Translations under genes and position numbers: made by a program
Shown: one piece after another, positions 1 through 12,574 of the stretch
Layout: every line of letters begins with the position of its first letter
Position numbering within the stretch: position 1 is the stretch's first letter
Source of the DNA: Podarcis pityusensis
Taxonomy: Eukaryota
DNA: 64,000 nt
Assembly: GCA_964106645.2 (NCBI GenBank)
Contig: OZ067038.1
Strand: one strand, 5' to 3'
The notes under the pieces: generated by a model
What the model saw: only the letters and a program-made list of their open reading frames with translations
The model's database searches: none
What the model was told of the DNA's origin: nothing

Positions 1-224
1 AGTCTTTCCCACCCAAACTTGTATTCCAAGTTGTGCAAGTAGCCAAACTGGTGTTATGGTGCAAGCGGACAAAATGACACACTAATCCCCACATCTTTAG
101 CACAACAAATTGTCACTGTAACTTGAATTGCATGCATGCATCGCCCAGGGCAGCTTTCTCCCACCTGGTGCCTTCCAGATGTCTTTTGGACTACAAATCC
201 CATCAGCCTCATCCTGCATGTCTG

Positions 225-459
225 TAGGAGGTCCAGGGGCCAGATCAGGACCAATCGCCTCCTAAATCCAGCCCACGGACGGTCCAGGAATCAGCATGTT
301 TTTACATGAGTAGAATGTGTGCTTTTATTTAAAATGCATCTCTGGGTTATTTGTGGGGCATAGGAATTCGTTCATTCCCCCCCCATATAGTCCGGCCCCC
401 CACAAGGTCTGAGGGACAGTGGACCGCCCCCCCCCCCTGAAAAAGTTTGCTGACCCCTA
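225..459 (-). mobile_element. Non-autonomous hAT-like DNA transposon fragment
   Basis: Ends in aaaagtttgctgacccct (reverse of a CAGGGGTCAGCAAAC-type TIR); subterminal sequence shared with the element at 16881-17456. Confidence 0.7.
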
Positions 460-584
460 GTCTAAAACATTTGAGGACATCAGCTTAGCCTAGGGAATGC
501 ATTGATAGAGAAAAACAGCAGCAGTGGCTCAACCAGAAACAGCATTTTGTTGTATGCCTTACCTTTATGACCTTTATAACCCAT

Positions 585-665
585 TCTGTGTTGAGATTCA
601 TGCATTGCAGGGGATGGACTAGATGACCCCTAGGGTCCCATCCAACACTACAATTCTATGATTCT
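585..665 (+). mobile_element. CR1 LINE 3' end
   Basis: ggactagatgacc...ggtcccatccaac...attctatgattc is the typical CR1 3' terminus with an ATTCTATG tail. Confidence 0.75.
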
Positions 666-1926
666 TCCTCCAAGCAGCCCAGGATAGTGTACATGGCTTC
701 CTACCTCCCACCTTTTATCCTCACAACTCTGTGAGGTAGGTTAGGCTGACAGCAGGGATGGAAGAATGCGTCAGTTTCGGTTCTCCTAGTTTTTTTTTTC
801 TTTTCATTTTTCCAATCTGAAACTCAGTTCTCCACGTTATACTTTTGTCATACTAGGAAATAATCTGTAATCTCCCATAGAATTGGAAGGAACCAGAAAA
901 TATGAGGTGGCTACATCCTAGCCCAACACTGACGACACTTGAGACATGCTACCAGGACATGTTTCTCACCTGCTTCAACCTTACTTTTTAGGGAAATGGA
1001 CATATCAGGGTCTTAAGTCTACCCAAGAATATGTGAGCGGATCTTGAAAGTTGTAATTAATATTCCAAGGATGACCTATAGATACATTTTTAAAGGTCCT
1101 TACAACTTTCCCCTCATGGTTGTTTTGCCTAAAAAAATATGTATTTATTTACTATAAAGATTACTCTTCCATCAAAACTTTGTTAAAATTGGCAAGCCAT
1201 CATGAGAAAGAAAAAAATCCCCCCAATGTTGCATACGGAAATAATTGAATAAGAATAACAAGGATACATGTGAATTTGTAAGCAGACATGAAGTGATGTA
1301 AATGGTTTTTAAGGGTGAAAGACAAAGGGGAGAGGTTTTCTTTGAAAGCTCCATTGGGAAGATGTGATCTCTGAGGGAAAACATCTAAAAATACTCTAGT
1401 GCTCCCACTTCCTCAAACTAGGAGGAATTTAATCATAGTTTGTTTATTCCTGGTTCCTAGAATATGTGGGAGTTTCGCCATTCTTTTTTCACTGGAATTG
1501 GGATAAGCATCATGCAACAGTTAACAATCTTGTTTTTTAAAGCTATTTTAGATGGTTTCATGCTGTGTGTTTTCCCTTTCTTTTCTGGATTGTAAGATGG
1601 TGAGGAAGCCCATTGAGTTGATCAACTGTGATGGAAGCCCATTGGATTGATCACACACACAAACCCCTGTATATTATGCTATGTTGTGCTGCAGATAAGT
1701 GTTAAAAAAGCTGAGGCGTAGTTGTGTTGACTTGGGATTTATTCACCCTCAAACAAAGTAAGACTGCCAATAATTTGTGTGCTGTATCTTAGAAACACAG
1801 TGCTATGGAAATCAAATAGGGCTGGTCAAGCAATGCTAACAGAACAGGGTGTGAGTAATTTCTGGTTCAAACATACAAACAGAAGTCAGCGCCTTTCCCA
1901 CAATACTGGCTTAGGTTGGCAAACAA

Positions 1927-1950
1927 GTGTGTGTGTGTGTGTGTGTGTGT
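1927..1950 (+). repeat. (GT)n microsatellite
   Basis: Direct reading. Confidence 0.95.
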
Positions 1951-2611
1951 AAGTAATCAAATGTTCCAGCCTAGTATTTTCATCCACTTTCAAGTCCTGC
2001 TTGGCACGAGCGACTTACCAAAGAAACCAGTGTAATTCATACCAGCATAGTTCTTAATTTCCACTCAGATTGTGTGGTTTTTGCATTATAGCTGTTGCAT
2101 GGAATTTGGTATCCTTGCATGCAGACAACACCCTTTCAATACTGAGTAGAGGTTTCACTGTTCGGGACACTGTCGTAACAGCCTCTTGCCTGCATGCAGA
2201 TTAAAGTTGTGCTCCTTCTTTAGCAGTATGCTTCAAAGGTGAATTTATTTCCATAGATTATGTGGGCTAATCTTTCATAAAACAAATCCTTCTTCAAACT
2301 AGCCCTTGGAAGGCACGACGACGAAACTTGCCTCCACTTGCCAAAGGGAATATTAGCTGAAGCCTCATATCTGAAGAACTTTTCACTATGATAGCCACAG
2401 TCAGCACAGCCACCAGCTTATCTGAGCTTTATCTGATGCTTTGAAAGGTGCCCACAGTGAGCTGTTCCTCTTGCATATACAGTAGCTTGAGACTGGAACT
2501 AAGGTCAGTTACCATCTTGATAATGCATATTTCGCAAACAGAAGCTTTGAAAACCTAGCAGCCCACAGCGTTACCAACATAAATGTAACTATACTGATTC
2601 GTGGATACTTT

Positions 2612-3000
2612 TCTATAATAAAATTATTTCTACCCTGCCCATCTGGCTGGGTTTCCCCAGCCACACTGAGCGACTTTCAACAGAACATTAAAAACAGAAT
2701 AAAACTTAACATTAAAAACTTCCCTAAACAGGGCTGCATTCAGATGTCTTTTAAAAGTCAGATAGTTGTTTATTTCCTTGACATCTGGTGGGAAGATGTC
2801 CCACAGACTGGGTGCCACCACCTAGAAGGCCCTCTGCCTGGTTCCCTGTAACCTTGCTTCTCGCAGTGAGGGAACCAGCAGAAGACTCTTGGAGATGGAC
2901 CTGTGTCCGGGCTGAACGATGGGGGTGGAGACACTCCTTCAGATATACAGGGCCGAGGCTGTTTAGGGCTTTAAAGGTCAGCATCAACACTTTGAATTCT
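2612..3000 (-). mobile_element. L2-clade LINE 3' fragment
   Basis: ORF 2751..3008 FKVLMLTFKALNSLGPVYLKE resembles the ORF2 C-terminus at 44996-45646; frameshifted; A/T tail at ~2612. Confidence 0.85.
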
Positions 3001-3229
3001 AATAACATATAGGTTGATTGTTTTAGTTAAGCTGGAGGAAGCACACTTTTTGTGTACTGTATTTGCACTCTGTAGTTTAACCTGAATGGGTCATAATAAA
3101 GTATTGACTGACTGAGAACACAGGAAGCTAACCTACACTGAGTTCATTTAGCTTTTAATGTTTGTTGTTGTTCCCGTATTTTTTTGGAAGCCCCCCAGTG
3201 GCTGGGGCAACATAGGCAGATGAGTTGGG

Positions 3230-3268
<39 letters not shown>
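3230..3268 (+). repeat. (TAA)n microsatellite, likely a LINE tail
   Basis: Direct reading; preceded by a degraded L2-type 3' end at ~3155-3230. Confidence 0.9.
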
Positions 3269-3269
<1 letters not shown>

Positions 3270-3319
3270 GACTGCTCCCATTTCCAGTGTCCTTACCTGT
3301 GATACCCCTTGGGGTCATA

Positions 3320-3730
3320 GTGAACAACTTGATGAAGGAGCTTACTCATCTTTTTTCAAAACTAAAAAGTCCCAGTTGATGCAATCTTTCATCACAAGTC
3401 ACTCCATCCTCTTGATAATTTGGGCTGCCCTTTTCTGAACCTTTTCCAACTCTACAACATTCTTTTTGAGTTGAGGTAACCAAAACTGTACGCACTATTC
3501 CAAATCCATAGACTTATATAACAGCATTATATTAGCAGTTTTATTTTCATTTCTTTTCCTCATTGATCCCTATCATGCAATTTGTATTTTTTTACAGCTG
3601 CTGCCCAATGGGCTCTGCTTCAGCTGGTTCTTCTAAAAAGCTTGGTTATTTTATCTTTAACAATACTTTCCGCCAGTTTTCCCAGGACAGACATTAAGCT
3701 AGCCAGCCTGTAATTTCCAGGATTCCCCCC
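3320..3730 (-). mobile_element. Degraded CR1 LINE fragment
   Basis: gcccttttctgaaccttttccaac...ccaaaactgtacgcactattccaa is the reverse of a CR1 RT-region motif. Confidence 0.65.
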
Positions 3731-4469
3731 TGTTGCAAATTCAGTCGTAAAGTCTTTAAGTGCTTATCAGTCCCTTGTTCAGTGACAAGAAATTAGTCTC
3801 AGTAAGAACAGTCTTTACTGGTCTGTACTATTGCCAGTGGGATCAAGCTGTGCAATGTTTTGGAGGAGAAAAAAAAATCCTTTATATATGATTGTGATGC
3901 CCTCATGAGAAGAGCAGCAGCTTTCAAAGAAGGTTGTTGCTATAGACGTCAGGATTCATGGGTAAATTTCAGCATTATTGGAGGGGCAGTAAGTCTGTGA
4001 TTCTGGGAGGAGAAAGCACATGTATTCAAGAAACTTAGCACCACCACAACATGGGGCAAAAATGAAAAACGCAATAAAGATTGGGAAGAATTCCATGTTG
4101 TGCCATGTTGACAGTTTCATCAGAGCAAGCATTTCAGCTTGACAAATAGAATGATTCCTCTTTTCTCCCTCCATGTATGGTTCTGGGCATTCTCCTGAAC
4201 CCCCCAGAGCAAATTGTAGGGGCACAAGTGGCACACAGGGGAGGGGAAAGCCCTGTTGCACAATCCTTGTGAGGGCTTTCATTGGTGGGATTCATTAGTT
4301 AATTGAATTCTATCAATTATATGTTGGTATGGACATAGCTAGAGAATAATCTTCAGATTTTTGAACAGGTCCAACTTTTGTTCAGAGAGCAACAAAAAGA
4401 TCACACTACGTGGTCAGGATCTCCTAAAATTTCAGACTTTAGAGGAATATAGCAATAGTGTCAAAGCCA

Positions 4470-7400
4470 ACCCAAATTTAACCGTCGCTTTATATTGACA
4501 TTACAAGTCCAACAACCCTTTGTTTTTGGTTTTTCCCTATTAGATGACTATAGAGTACTGTGAAATGGCATTTGCCTGAAGGAGCCAATGAAGGAATATT
4601 AACTATACAAAGAAATATTCAACAGAAAACTAAAGCAGCTTTATATGCATTTACTTTTCTTTTCTTTTTAAAAAAGGAAGCATTATATAATTTTCTAGGT
4701 CATAATACAATATTATATACAAACCCCATTGAAAAATAGTAAAGAACTATAAAACAAGTAAAAGCATTTATTATTATTTAATGATCTCAAAATAATGAAT
4801 GTTTATAAGTATATAGTCTTAATATTTACAGGAATGTATTAGGACAACATTTTAAGATAACTCTTTACAATTTCTTTATTTCCCATCGCTTGTATTCAGC
4901 ATATAATTCTAAACTGGGCAATCCATCTACAGTACTTATAAAATTACAAGCTGATAGAGCGTGAAATGGAATATACATTTTCTATGGGTGTGTACATTCA
5001 TCCTGGTTTCTAGTTAAACTAATAGCTCAGGATACATTTTACATGAATGTAGGCTACCTAGAGAGAAAAACAGTAAGATGGAAGTCACAAAGGGATTGAT
5101 TTTTTGCTCATGAGACGAAGAGGCTGGCACCTCCTGCATTCTGTTCCTGCTGCCTTGTTTCCCTCATATTCATCCCAATCCAACAAGCATAATCTGCACA
5201 TGCAAATGGGCTTCTGGAATCATGTCCATGCCATGAGCTCAGTGTGACTAACTCCCATGTAAGTGTGCAAAGGGCCGCAGCCTCCTTCATGTAGATTGCT
5301 CTTTTGAATATTGTCCCATCAATGCAGAAGGAAATATCCATCTGGCACCTGCACTCTGTGTGAACTTTGAACAGGTGGTCAATGCTAACAGCTCAAAGGT
5401 TGCATACAGATGCACCTGCAAACAGAATCGGGTACAGGTTGCTCTCCTCCGAGGCAAGTTCTGCTGCTTTGATTTTGCTCTTCAAAGAACACACACACAG
5501 CCTCCAGATCTAACGCTGAACACATTTTCATTCATATTTATCTGCTCACGCATCTGCTTGGCAGCGTAATTATTTATATCTCCTGTATATCTAAAAGGGC
5601 CACATCTTTTTAAGGCTTTAAAAACTGCTCCAAGAAATCATTGGAGTTGGCTTCATGATCGACACAGGGGTGTTAGCCAATCAGAGCTGTGCAAATCCAG
5701 CTTCTACTGAAAAAAAACCCCAGAAGAGTTTGATCCAGGGGGAAAGATTGTGCATTTGCCAAAAAAACACTGAATGTGCTATCCTGGCTGGCTCATCACT
5801 GATATTTTGTGCATCGGTTTGCATACTAAAAATACTGACCATTGGTTGGGAAGGGGTTTGATGGAACTGATTTTCAAACATTCCCTCTGTCCAGTAGATC
5901 ATGAATGGGTAAACCTTGCCACCCCCAGGTTTTGCTGAACTATCATTATCAATATCCCTGGCCATGGGCCATGCTTGCTGGGGCTGATGGGAGTTTTATT
6001 CCAGCAACACCTGGAGGGCCAAAGGTTACCCACTCCTGGAGTAGATGATGAACATTTAAAAGCTGAAAGAGCTGGCTACTGGTTTGGTGGAATGCTACTA
6101 TGTGTAGGTAGGGATCTCTGGATTTGGGATGGTATCCAATGCTAGATAGATCCAATGGAATAAAACCCACAGATTTCAGTGCATCTACTCTAGATGTGGC
6201 TAATATCACTCTGTGCATCTGGCCAGTCCTAGCATAACCTGGGGTGTGTAGTCTAGGTCGTGCCTTAACTACATTTTCAAATGTAATAATTGACGTTTAC
6301 AGGCCAAGAACAGAGCAGTTCTGGCTATCACACAAAAGACTTTCTAGCCCAATAGATAACATTTTCACCTCGATGCTAGATGTTGTGGACAACTGGTAAT
6401 ATGCAATGAAAATGTAGTACCCAAATGGCATCTGGCGAAACACTCCCATCAGTTTCAAGGGACAGATGGGAATGTCAACTTGCATTCAGGTTATACATGC
6501 AATGTCCATGAACGGGTAACACCTCTGCATCTCATGTGCATCCTCCCTGCATATTTACATCAAAGCCCATACCTATAGGTTGGCAGCAGGATCCATAGCC
6601 AATAAACATGCACAGACGCTTTCCCATGTTGTAAAAAGCTCTTACCACTGCCAAAGGCCATTGTTGGATCAGGGTAAAAGTGAGAGAAAATTTCTATTGT
6701 CGTCTGTGAATCCTGTATCAATAAAGGTAGACAAGGCTGACTACAATGGTAACAGACTTTTAAGCAAGTTTTTTTAGATATAAAAAGGTGACATTCCTGC
6801 AATTCAATCTATAAGAAGCAATTATAAACAAAAACAAGCCCTTTGTTAAAAACAATCTTTGGTTAGATTGGTATTTTAAACATGTTGGACAACATTTTGT
6901 TAACTTCCACGTAAAGAGTGTTTCGGACAAATTATACTTAAGAATGAGTTTGCTGCATACTTTGTATAAAAACTAATAAGTACTACAAAACTATGTGATG
7001 ATTTTGCTTTTATTTTCTATTATTCTGCAACAATGCTCTTTTAATTGAAATATAACACTCTTGGACATTTGGTTTTGCAACAAACCATACAGTAAGTTAA
7101 TTTGCAATATAACGCCAGGCTTTGGCAGTTGTGGATGAAATTGATTTTTGTTCTCTATTAAAACTAAATTTCATCCTCAACTTACACAGCATAGGATTTT
7201 TTTTGGTATATATGATATGATGCACTGCAGTTCATAACTAGGAAGACTGTTATCTGAACATTTCATATTGTATGTAACATGAAGCAAACGTTCTATATTT
7301 TGCTTTGTTGGTTTTGCTCAAGATATGCGTAGAAGGTGTAGATTAAGAGGGAGCTGGTGCCCTGCCAAGAACACACATAATAAATAAATTTAAAGACTTT

Positions 7401-10400
7401 TCATGTATATGGGGCAAAATTAAGAGGGGAGGGGGTCTGCTCAGGGTGCTTGCCCTTTTGATTCTACTTTCATCTTTGTGTCCACCTGCATCACTGGGGC
7501 TATCTATCAAGGATGCCATATTTTTGGAACAATCGTATCCTAAGCACTAGGCCTGACACTAGATATAACTGTGGAGCGGATGGACCTGGCAGGTATGTTC
7601 TAGCTCTCGGACTTGTTATCCAGAGCTTCCTCTTGGGTTACTTTCCCTGGAGACTGACATTGGAAGGAATGTTGTCATGTGCCTTGGCTGCCCAAACCCT
7701 GTCACCAGTGCCATTTGTTGCCAAACGTTTGCAAATTGTAGGGAGGGTATGTGATGGTTGCTTAGCAGCCACTAAACAGATTCTCCCATTTCTTTCTTTC
7801 TCCATCCCAGGAGATGGAGATATGTTGCCAAAAAGACCCAAATGAGGCTGTTGGGCCCTCAGCCTGTAGGAAGTAGCAAGTGTTACTTGTTGGGGATCAG
7901 CAACAGGTTTTTTGTTTTTAAAAAACCCTTTACATTTTGCAGATGGCATACAAAAAGTACACTTGCTACTCATCACATTTTCCACAACATAATGCACCTG
8001 AAGATTTTTTGTACTCTGGAAAGAGCCGTATAAATGCTAACCGTTACTATCAAGTCTGAAGGACGTCCATGTGATCTGCTTCCAGTTGCTGTTATTTTAA
8101 AGAGGCATGCACTAAATTTTACACATACATGCCCTTCAGATGTGATGAGAGGCATGCATATCTTGTACTTGGCTGTCCGTATCCCAGTACAAACTGTAAA
8201 GTGACAATTGCAATCGAGAGCTAGCTAGGTGTTCGTAGAAGGATTTGTTCGACTTTGAAGTGTCCAGAACAGTTTGTGCATGGTAGACTTGCAAAGGCAA
8301 CCCGGGCTTATTTCTTTCTGCATGGCACTCGATAGGGTCATAGGGAAAACTGAACACAAAAAGGGGATTTGGCAGGAGATGCAACATGGAAGTATTTATA
8401 TGCTGATGCTAGAAGCCTCCGACACAAGATGAGGGAACTGGAGAGCCTGATGTTAAAAAAATAAATAGCAGGCACATCAGAAATATTCTGGAATGGGCAG
8501 AACAGGTGGAACATCATCATAATATAAACTTTATAGTAAGCTCAGGGAAGAGTGTATTTGGGGCTGTGTTGCTCTGAATGTCGAAAGTGGACATAGAGTC
8601 CCAAAAGCTAGAAAAATTAAAAGGACTATTTTCATCCACAGAATCATTGTAGGTGGAAATATCTGGTCCAAAACACAGCTTAGAACTCGAGTTCTATTAT
8701 CCCCACTTCACCAAAACTCCAAAGGTAATATTAAGTTGCAGTCCTATATGTACTTACCTGGGAAAATTTACTTCCCAGGTAACATGCATAGGATTGCACT
8801 GTTGATCTTAAACTTTATTTCAAAAAAAAAATCCTCAAGGATTCTCAGGAATAACTCCATACCAGAGTCTATACTAGATTTGCAGAGGGACACCCTTGGC
8901 CCAGCACATGCTCTGATGGGCTCTTCTTCCCTCAACTCAGCCTGCTATGCACTCTTCCTCATGCATTTCACGTACTGATCCTCCCTTTCTGCCATTCATT
9001 CCCACTCCTTCCACACTCCCTCTCCCTGTCTCTTTGGAGCCGACAGGAATTACAAGCTGTCACACAAAGAAACAATTGTGTTTCTTAATATCTATTCTGA
9101 GCATGCTGCTTGTTAATTTCATTGAGGGACCCTGAATATTATGAGGGAGAAATCTCTCTCTCCCCTTGTGCCAGTCATAATTGTATAAGATATCCCAATT
9201 TAGTAAAAAAAAACAAAGCCTCAAATGTTCATAGAGAAGATGCTCCAACCCTTTGATAAGAGCGAGAGAACTGAAAGCAGCAGAGAAGCTGGAAAGTGGC
9301 AGAGAACAATATTTGGATACCTTTGTCAGGTACTGGGCAGCTGAGTCATCGTAACTGCTGAACTGAAGGATGCTTTGAGTTACGATACTCTGGTCAGTGA
9401 AATGATAGGGGGCTGTGGTATCTGGAAGTATGAGATGTAATCAAAGATGGGAATGTCCAGCTACACTGAGCAGGATGACTTGTGAACGTAATTGCTTGGG
9501 GAATAAGTTGGTTTAACATATTCCTTCAGCAGCTAGGTTCCTAGGTTTGTGGAGGGCAGTGCAATTTGCTAGCAGCTGTGTGTGTGCTCTTTAATTCAGG
9601 GCACTTTTGAAAAAAGGCCCCTCAGTGCTTGGGGAAATTGTGCTGTTGCTAATATTCTTTCTTGTCCTCTGGACCCCCTCTGGAATGTGCACTTAGACAC
9701 TCTGGATTACTAAACATAAATGCCCTTTTCACAAATCCTTCATCTTTCACATCGGAAGGAATGAAAGATATTCAAACAAACTGCTCTCAGTAGTGCTGGG
9801 CTGATGGCCCCACCATTTTGTTCACTGGCGTGAGTGAAGTGATGAATTGGATTCTACCCAAGGCGTGAGCCCCAGATGAGAAACAAAATCTTCTTGCCAC
9901 TGCTTTTGCTTAAGAGAAAATATTGCATGTTCAGCATAGAGCCCAGGAAACACAACAGGATTTCTGCTTGCAAAAAGGCCAGCAGATTGAAGCGCAGTTT
10001 TTCTTCCTCTGTCTTGCAAGGAAGAACTCCACAGGATGCTCTTTATTTGCTTTGCAAACTGTAAAGCTCCCATACAGCTTATCAGGAATGGGGAGCCTCT
10101 AGTTATTCAAAACCCTCAGCCATTTTTCAATAAATAAGCTAAAGTAAAATTCCCAAGAGAATAGCCTACCTGTTCTATTTTCTTAAAATATAAAAACAGT
10201 GATAGTTATAAGCTAACCATGAAATATAGATATATGTAAAAAAGAATATCCCTGCATTGCTTTTTGTGCAAATAAAACCCCCAAAAGATCCTTGTCAGAA
10301 ACAGAATATGGTCCTCCATTTTTGTAAGAACGTAATTTCTTACATAGATATAAGCAAAATGGTTGCATATGCTTAAACATGCACCAGGCTGTTAAAGAAT

Positions 10401-10468
10401 CAAGTCCTATCCTTTAAATAATGGCTTGCTTATGAGTGGAATGCCCCGGAATAAAACCACTTCCTCTT
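4470..10468 (-). other. ANO1: Candidate ANO1 3'UTR (extent uncertain; up to ~6 kb)
   Basis: Follows the stop codon; repeat-poor and AU-rich; minus-strand AATAAA at 10042-10047, 8814-8819, 7009-7014, 4875-4880, 4767-4772; true end not determinable from sequence alone. Confidence 0.45.
5950..6040. mobile_element. Older palindromic MITE remnant
   Basis: ggccatgcttgctggggctgatgggag...ccagcaacacctggagggccaaaggtt; related copies at 13500-13625, 15777-15914, 46240-46360. Confidence 0.6.
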
Positions 10469-10729
10469 CTACACTTCAACATGGCATGAATGAATGGAAG
10501 ACGCACTCCCTCTATGGCTCATTGATGATCTGGGGCTATGGTTGTTACAGTTTTCACCTTTCCTTTTCTCCTTGCCCCCCCAGTTTTCTAGCAGCTGCAG
10601 CTTTCCCTGTTCTTCTTTCATAAAGACTTCCACCATCAGAACTTTCTCCTTATGAATTTGCTGACTGATGTCCTTGGGAATGTCTGGGATAATCCAGTCC
10701 ACAAAGTCACTCATAAACATGACCAAGTT
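10469..10729 (-). CDS. ANO1: ANO1 exon 26, coding part ([20 protein letters not shown]...HSCHVEV*)
   Basis: cag|AAC start, TAG stop at 10469-10471; ORF 10469..10975. Confidence 0.98.
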   Translation of the reverse strand, partial: NLVMFMSDFVDWIIPDIPKDISQQIHKEKVLMVEVFMKEEQGKLQLLENWGGKEKRKGENCNNHSPRSSMSHRGSASSIHSCHVEV

Positions 10730-11424
10730 CTGAAAAATAAGAATTTCAGAGCCAATGTTAGCAGACAAAACTAAGCACTTTGAAGTCCCAATTATTACAA
10801 CGGAGAGCTCAGTATTTGCAAAAATTTGTCCCACGGAAGTCTGCAGAACATAAACATTGCTTAACTTTGAGTAGATTGCGTCATAAATCATGTTCCTAAA
10901 TAAGCCTGCTTGGAAGCAACCTTGATTGAAATCAATGGGAATTACTTCTACAATTAGGACTGATATGCTAGACACATATTTTTTATTTTTTTTTATTTAG
11001 AAACCAGAGTTATGTAAAATTAGCATGCAGTTTACAACTCTCTGGCATACATGGCCACAGATATTTAAGGCCCACTCCCAAACAAAATCAGCCTGTCATG
11101 AATAAAATTTCCCAGTGTCTGCCTGCATGCAGCTCTCCTTTTCTAAATGTCACTTTTTATACATGAAGATTAAGAAAGAAAAAGTAAAAAAGTCTGTTTT
11201 GTGACACATTAAGGACACACACAGTTTTCCTCCCTGGCTTCTCTGGTCACATGGCCAACATCTGCCTGATCTAATACATCTGTAGCAGAAAACACATGTA
11301 ACACTCTTCGTATGTTACAACACATGTACCTTTTCTTTCTCAGAAATGAATTTCCTGGTGGGAAGTGGTAATACGTAGGCCCTCAACTCATAGAGAGTCA
11401 AATTCAACAATTATTGGTTCAGAG

Positions 11425-12260
11425 AATTTATTTATTTACTCTGTTTTTATCCCGTCTCCTATCCCACCAAAAGGAGCCCAGGGCAGCCACCCAATACCCA
11501 CAAATAAAACAACATAATTCAAACACTACTAAAGTCAAAACTATCAAAGCACATTTCAAACAATACATAATTCTAGCTGCTAAATGTATCACCCCTTCAA
11601 GTACAAAATGCCTGGCCAACAAAAATGTTTTAAAATGATGGCAATGCATGTGACAATCATCTTTCATCGGGGGGGGGGTGGATTTGATAGTAGGGGTGCT
11701 GCCAAAGAGCAAGGTCATGCTGTGGGCTACCGCCCCCCCCCCCAATCTATCTCCATTGGTGGCACTACAAGCAAGGCCTCAACCATTGATCTTAAGACCT
11801 TGCCTGGTTAGTATTGGAGGAAGTGGTCTTTTACATACTTAGACTCTGAGCTATTAAGGGCTTTGTGATTACCAACACATTGGATTGGAACTGGTGGCTT
11901 TACAAGAAGCCAAGGCAATGCTAGGACAGGTGACACATGACCCAATCTGGCAGTCACAGACTTCTTTACCATCTTCAGTGAAAGTCCCATGTGGAGCACT
12001 TGACCTAGTACAAACAGGTCACCAGAGCATGGGTTACTGGCACCAGGCTATCCTGGTTCAAGAACAGTTGTTGCTGGCACAACAGTCAAAATTGGGCATA
12101 AGCTGCCCCAGATGTCATCTAGCTCTACAGTGACTCCTTGTATCAATGAGTACTCATGGAGTAATAACAGGGTTTCATACTCCCCATTTCTCTCCTGATA
12201 AACATGACTAAGGCTATTTTGGTGGCAAAACCAGACTGGAGCCAAAGTAAAATGGGTCCA
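11425..12260 (-). mobile_element. Degraded L2-type LINE fragment
   Basis: (ttta)n tail and mosaic similarity to the L2 copies at 37200-37975 and 44996-45855. Confidence 0.6.
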
Positions 12261-12468
12261 GATAATATTGTTATCGATATGTGGGTGCTAAATGCTTGGG
12301 TTTAATAAATGTTAGGATTTAATTAGAACTGGGATGTGAAAATGGCATGTCAGACCCTTATGTCTAAGATATGTGGATTCGGTTATATTATATTAACGAA
12401 GTCTTCTCTTTTCCAAGCTCTGTCTGTTCATACAGCACCACCTTAAATAATTTTGGAATATACTTTAC

Positions 12469-12574
12469 CTGAAACACTATTACAAACGCTAGTCTTGCTG
12501 CTAGCACAGCCCAGAAATCCTTTGCAATATCATATTTAGTTTCAGACCATGGGGGATCTCGGTAATCTTTGTAT
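12469..12574 (-). CDS. ANO1: ANO1 exon 25 (YKDYRDPPWSETKYDIAKDFWAVLAARLAFVIVFQ)
   Basis: 106 nt, cag|A...CAG|gtaaag; ORF 12388..12657. Confidence 0.98.

Noticed and set aside
1-4400. Neighbouring gene (FADD lies downstream of ANO1 in human)
   Set aside because: No FADD-like exon or CpG-island promoter visible; region is mostly repeat relics
8752-8800. Hairpin acctgggaa...ttcccaggt as a 3'UTR structural element
   Set aside because: Resembles a dispersed short palindromic repeat also seen near 46800-46870 and 59250-59320
10732-10975. N-terminal part of the 168-aa ORF as coding sequence
   Set aside because: Intron read-through upstream of the exon 26 acceptor; ANO1 homology starts at NLVMF
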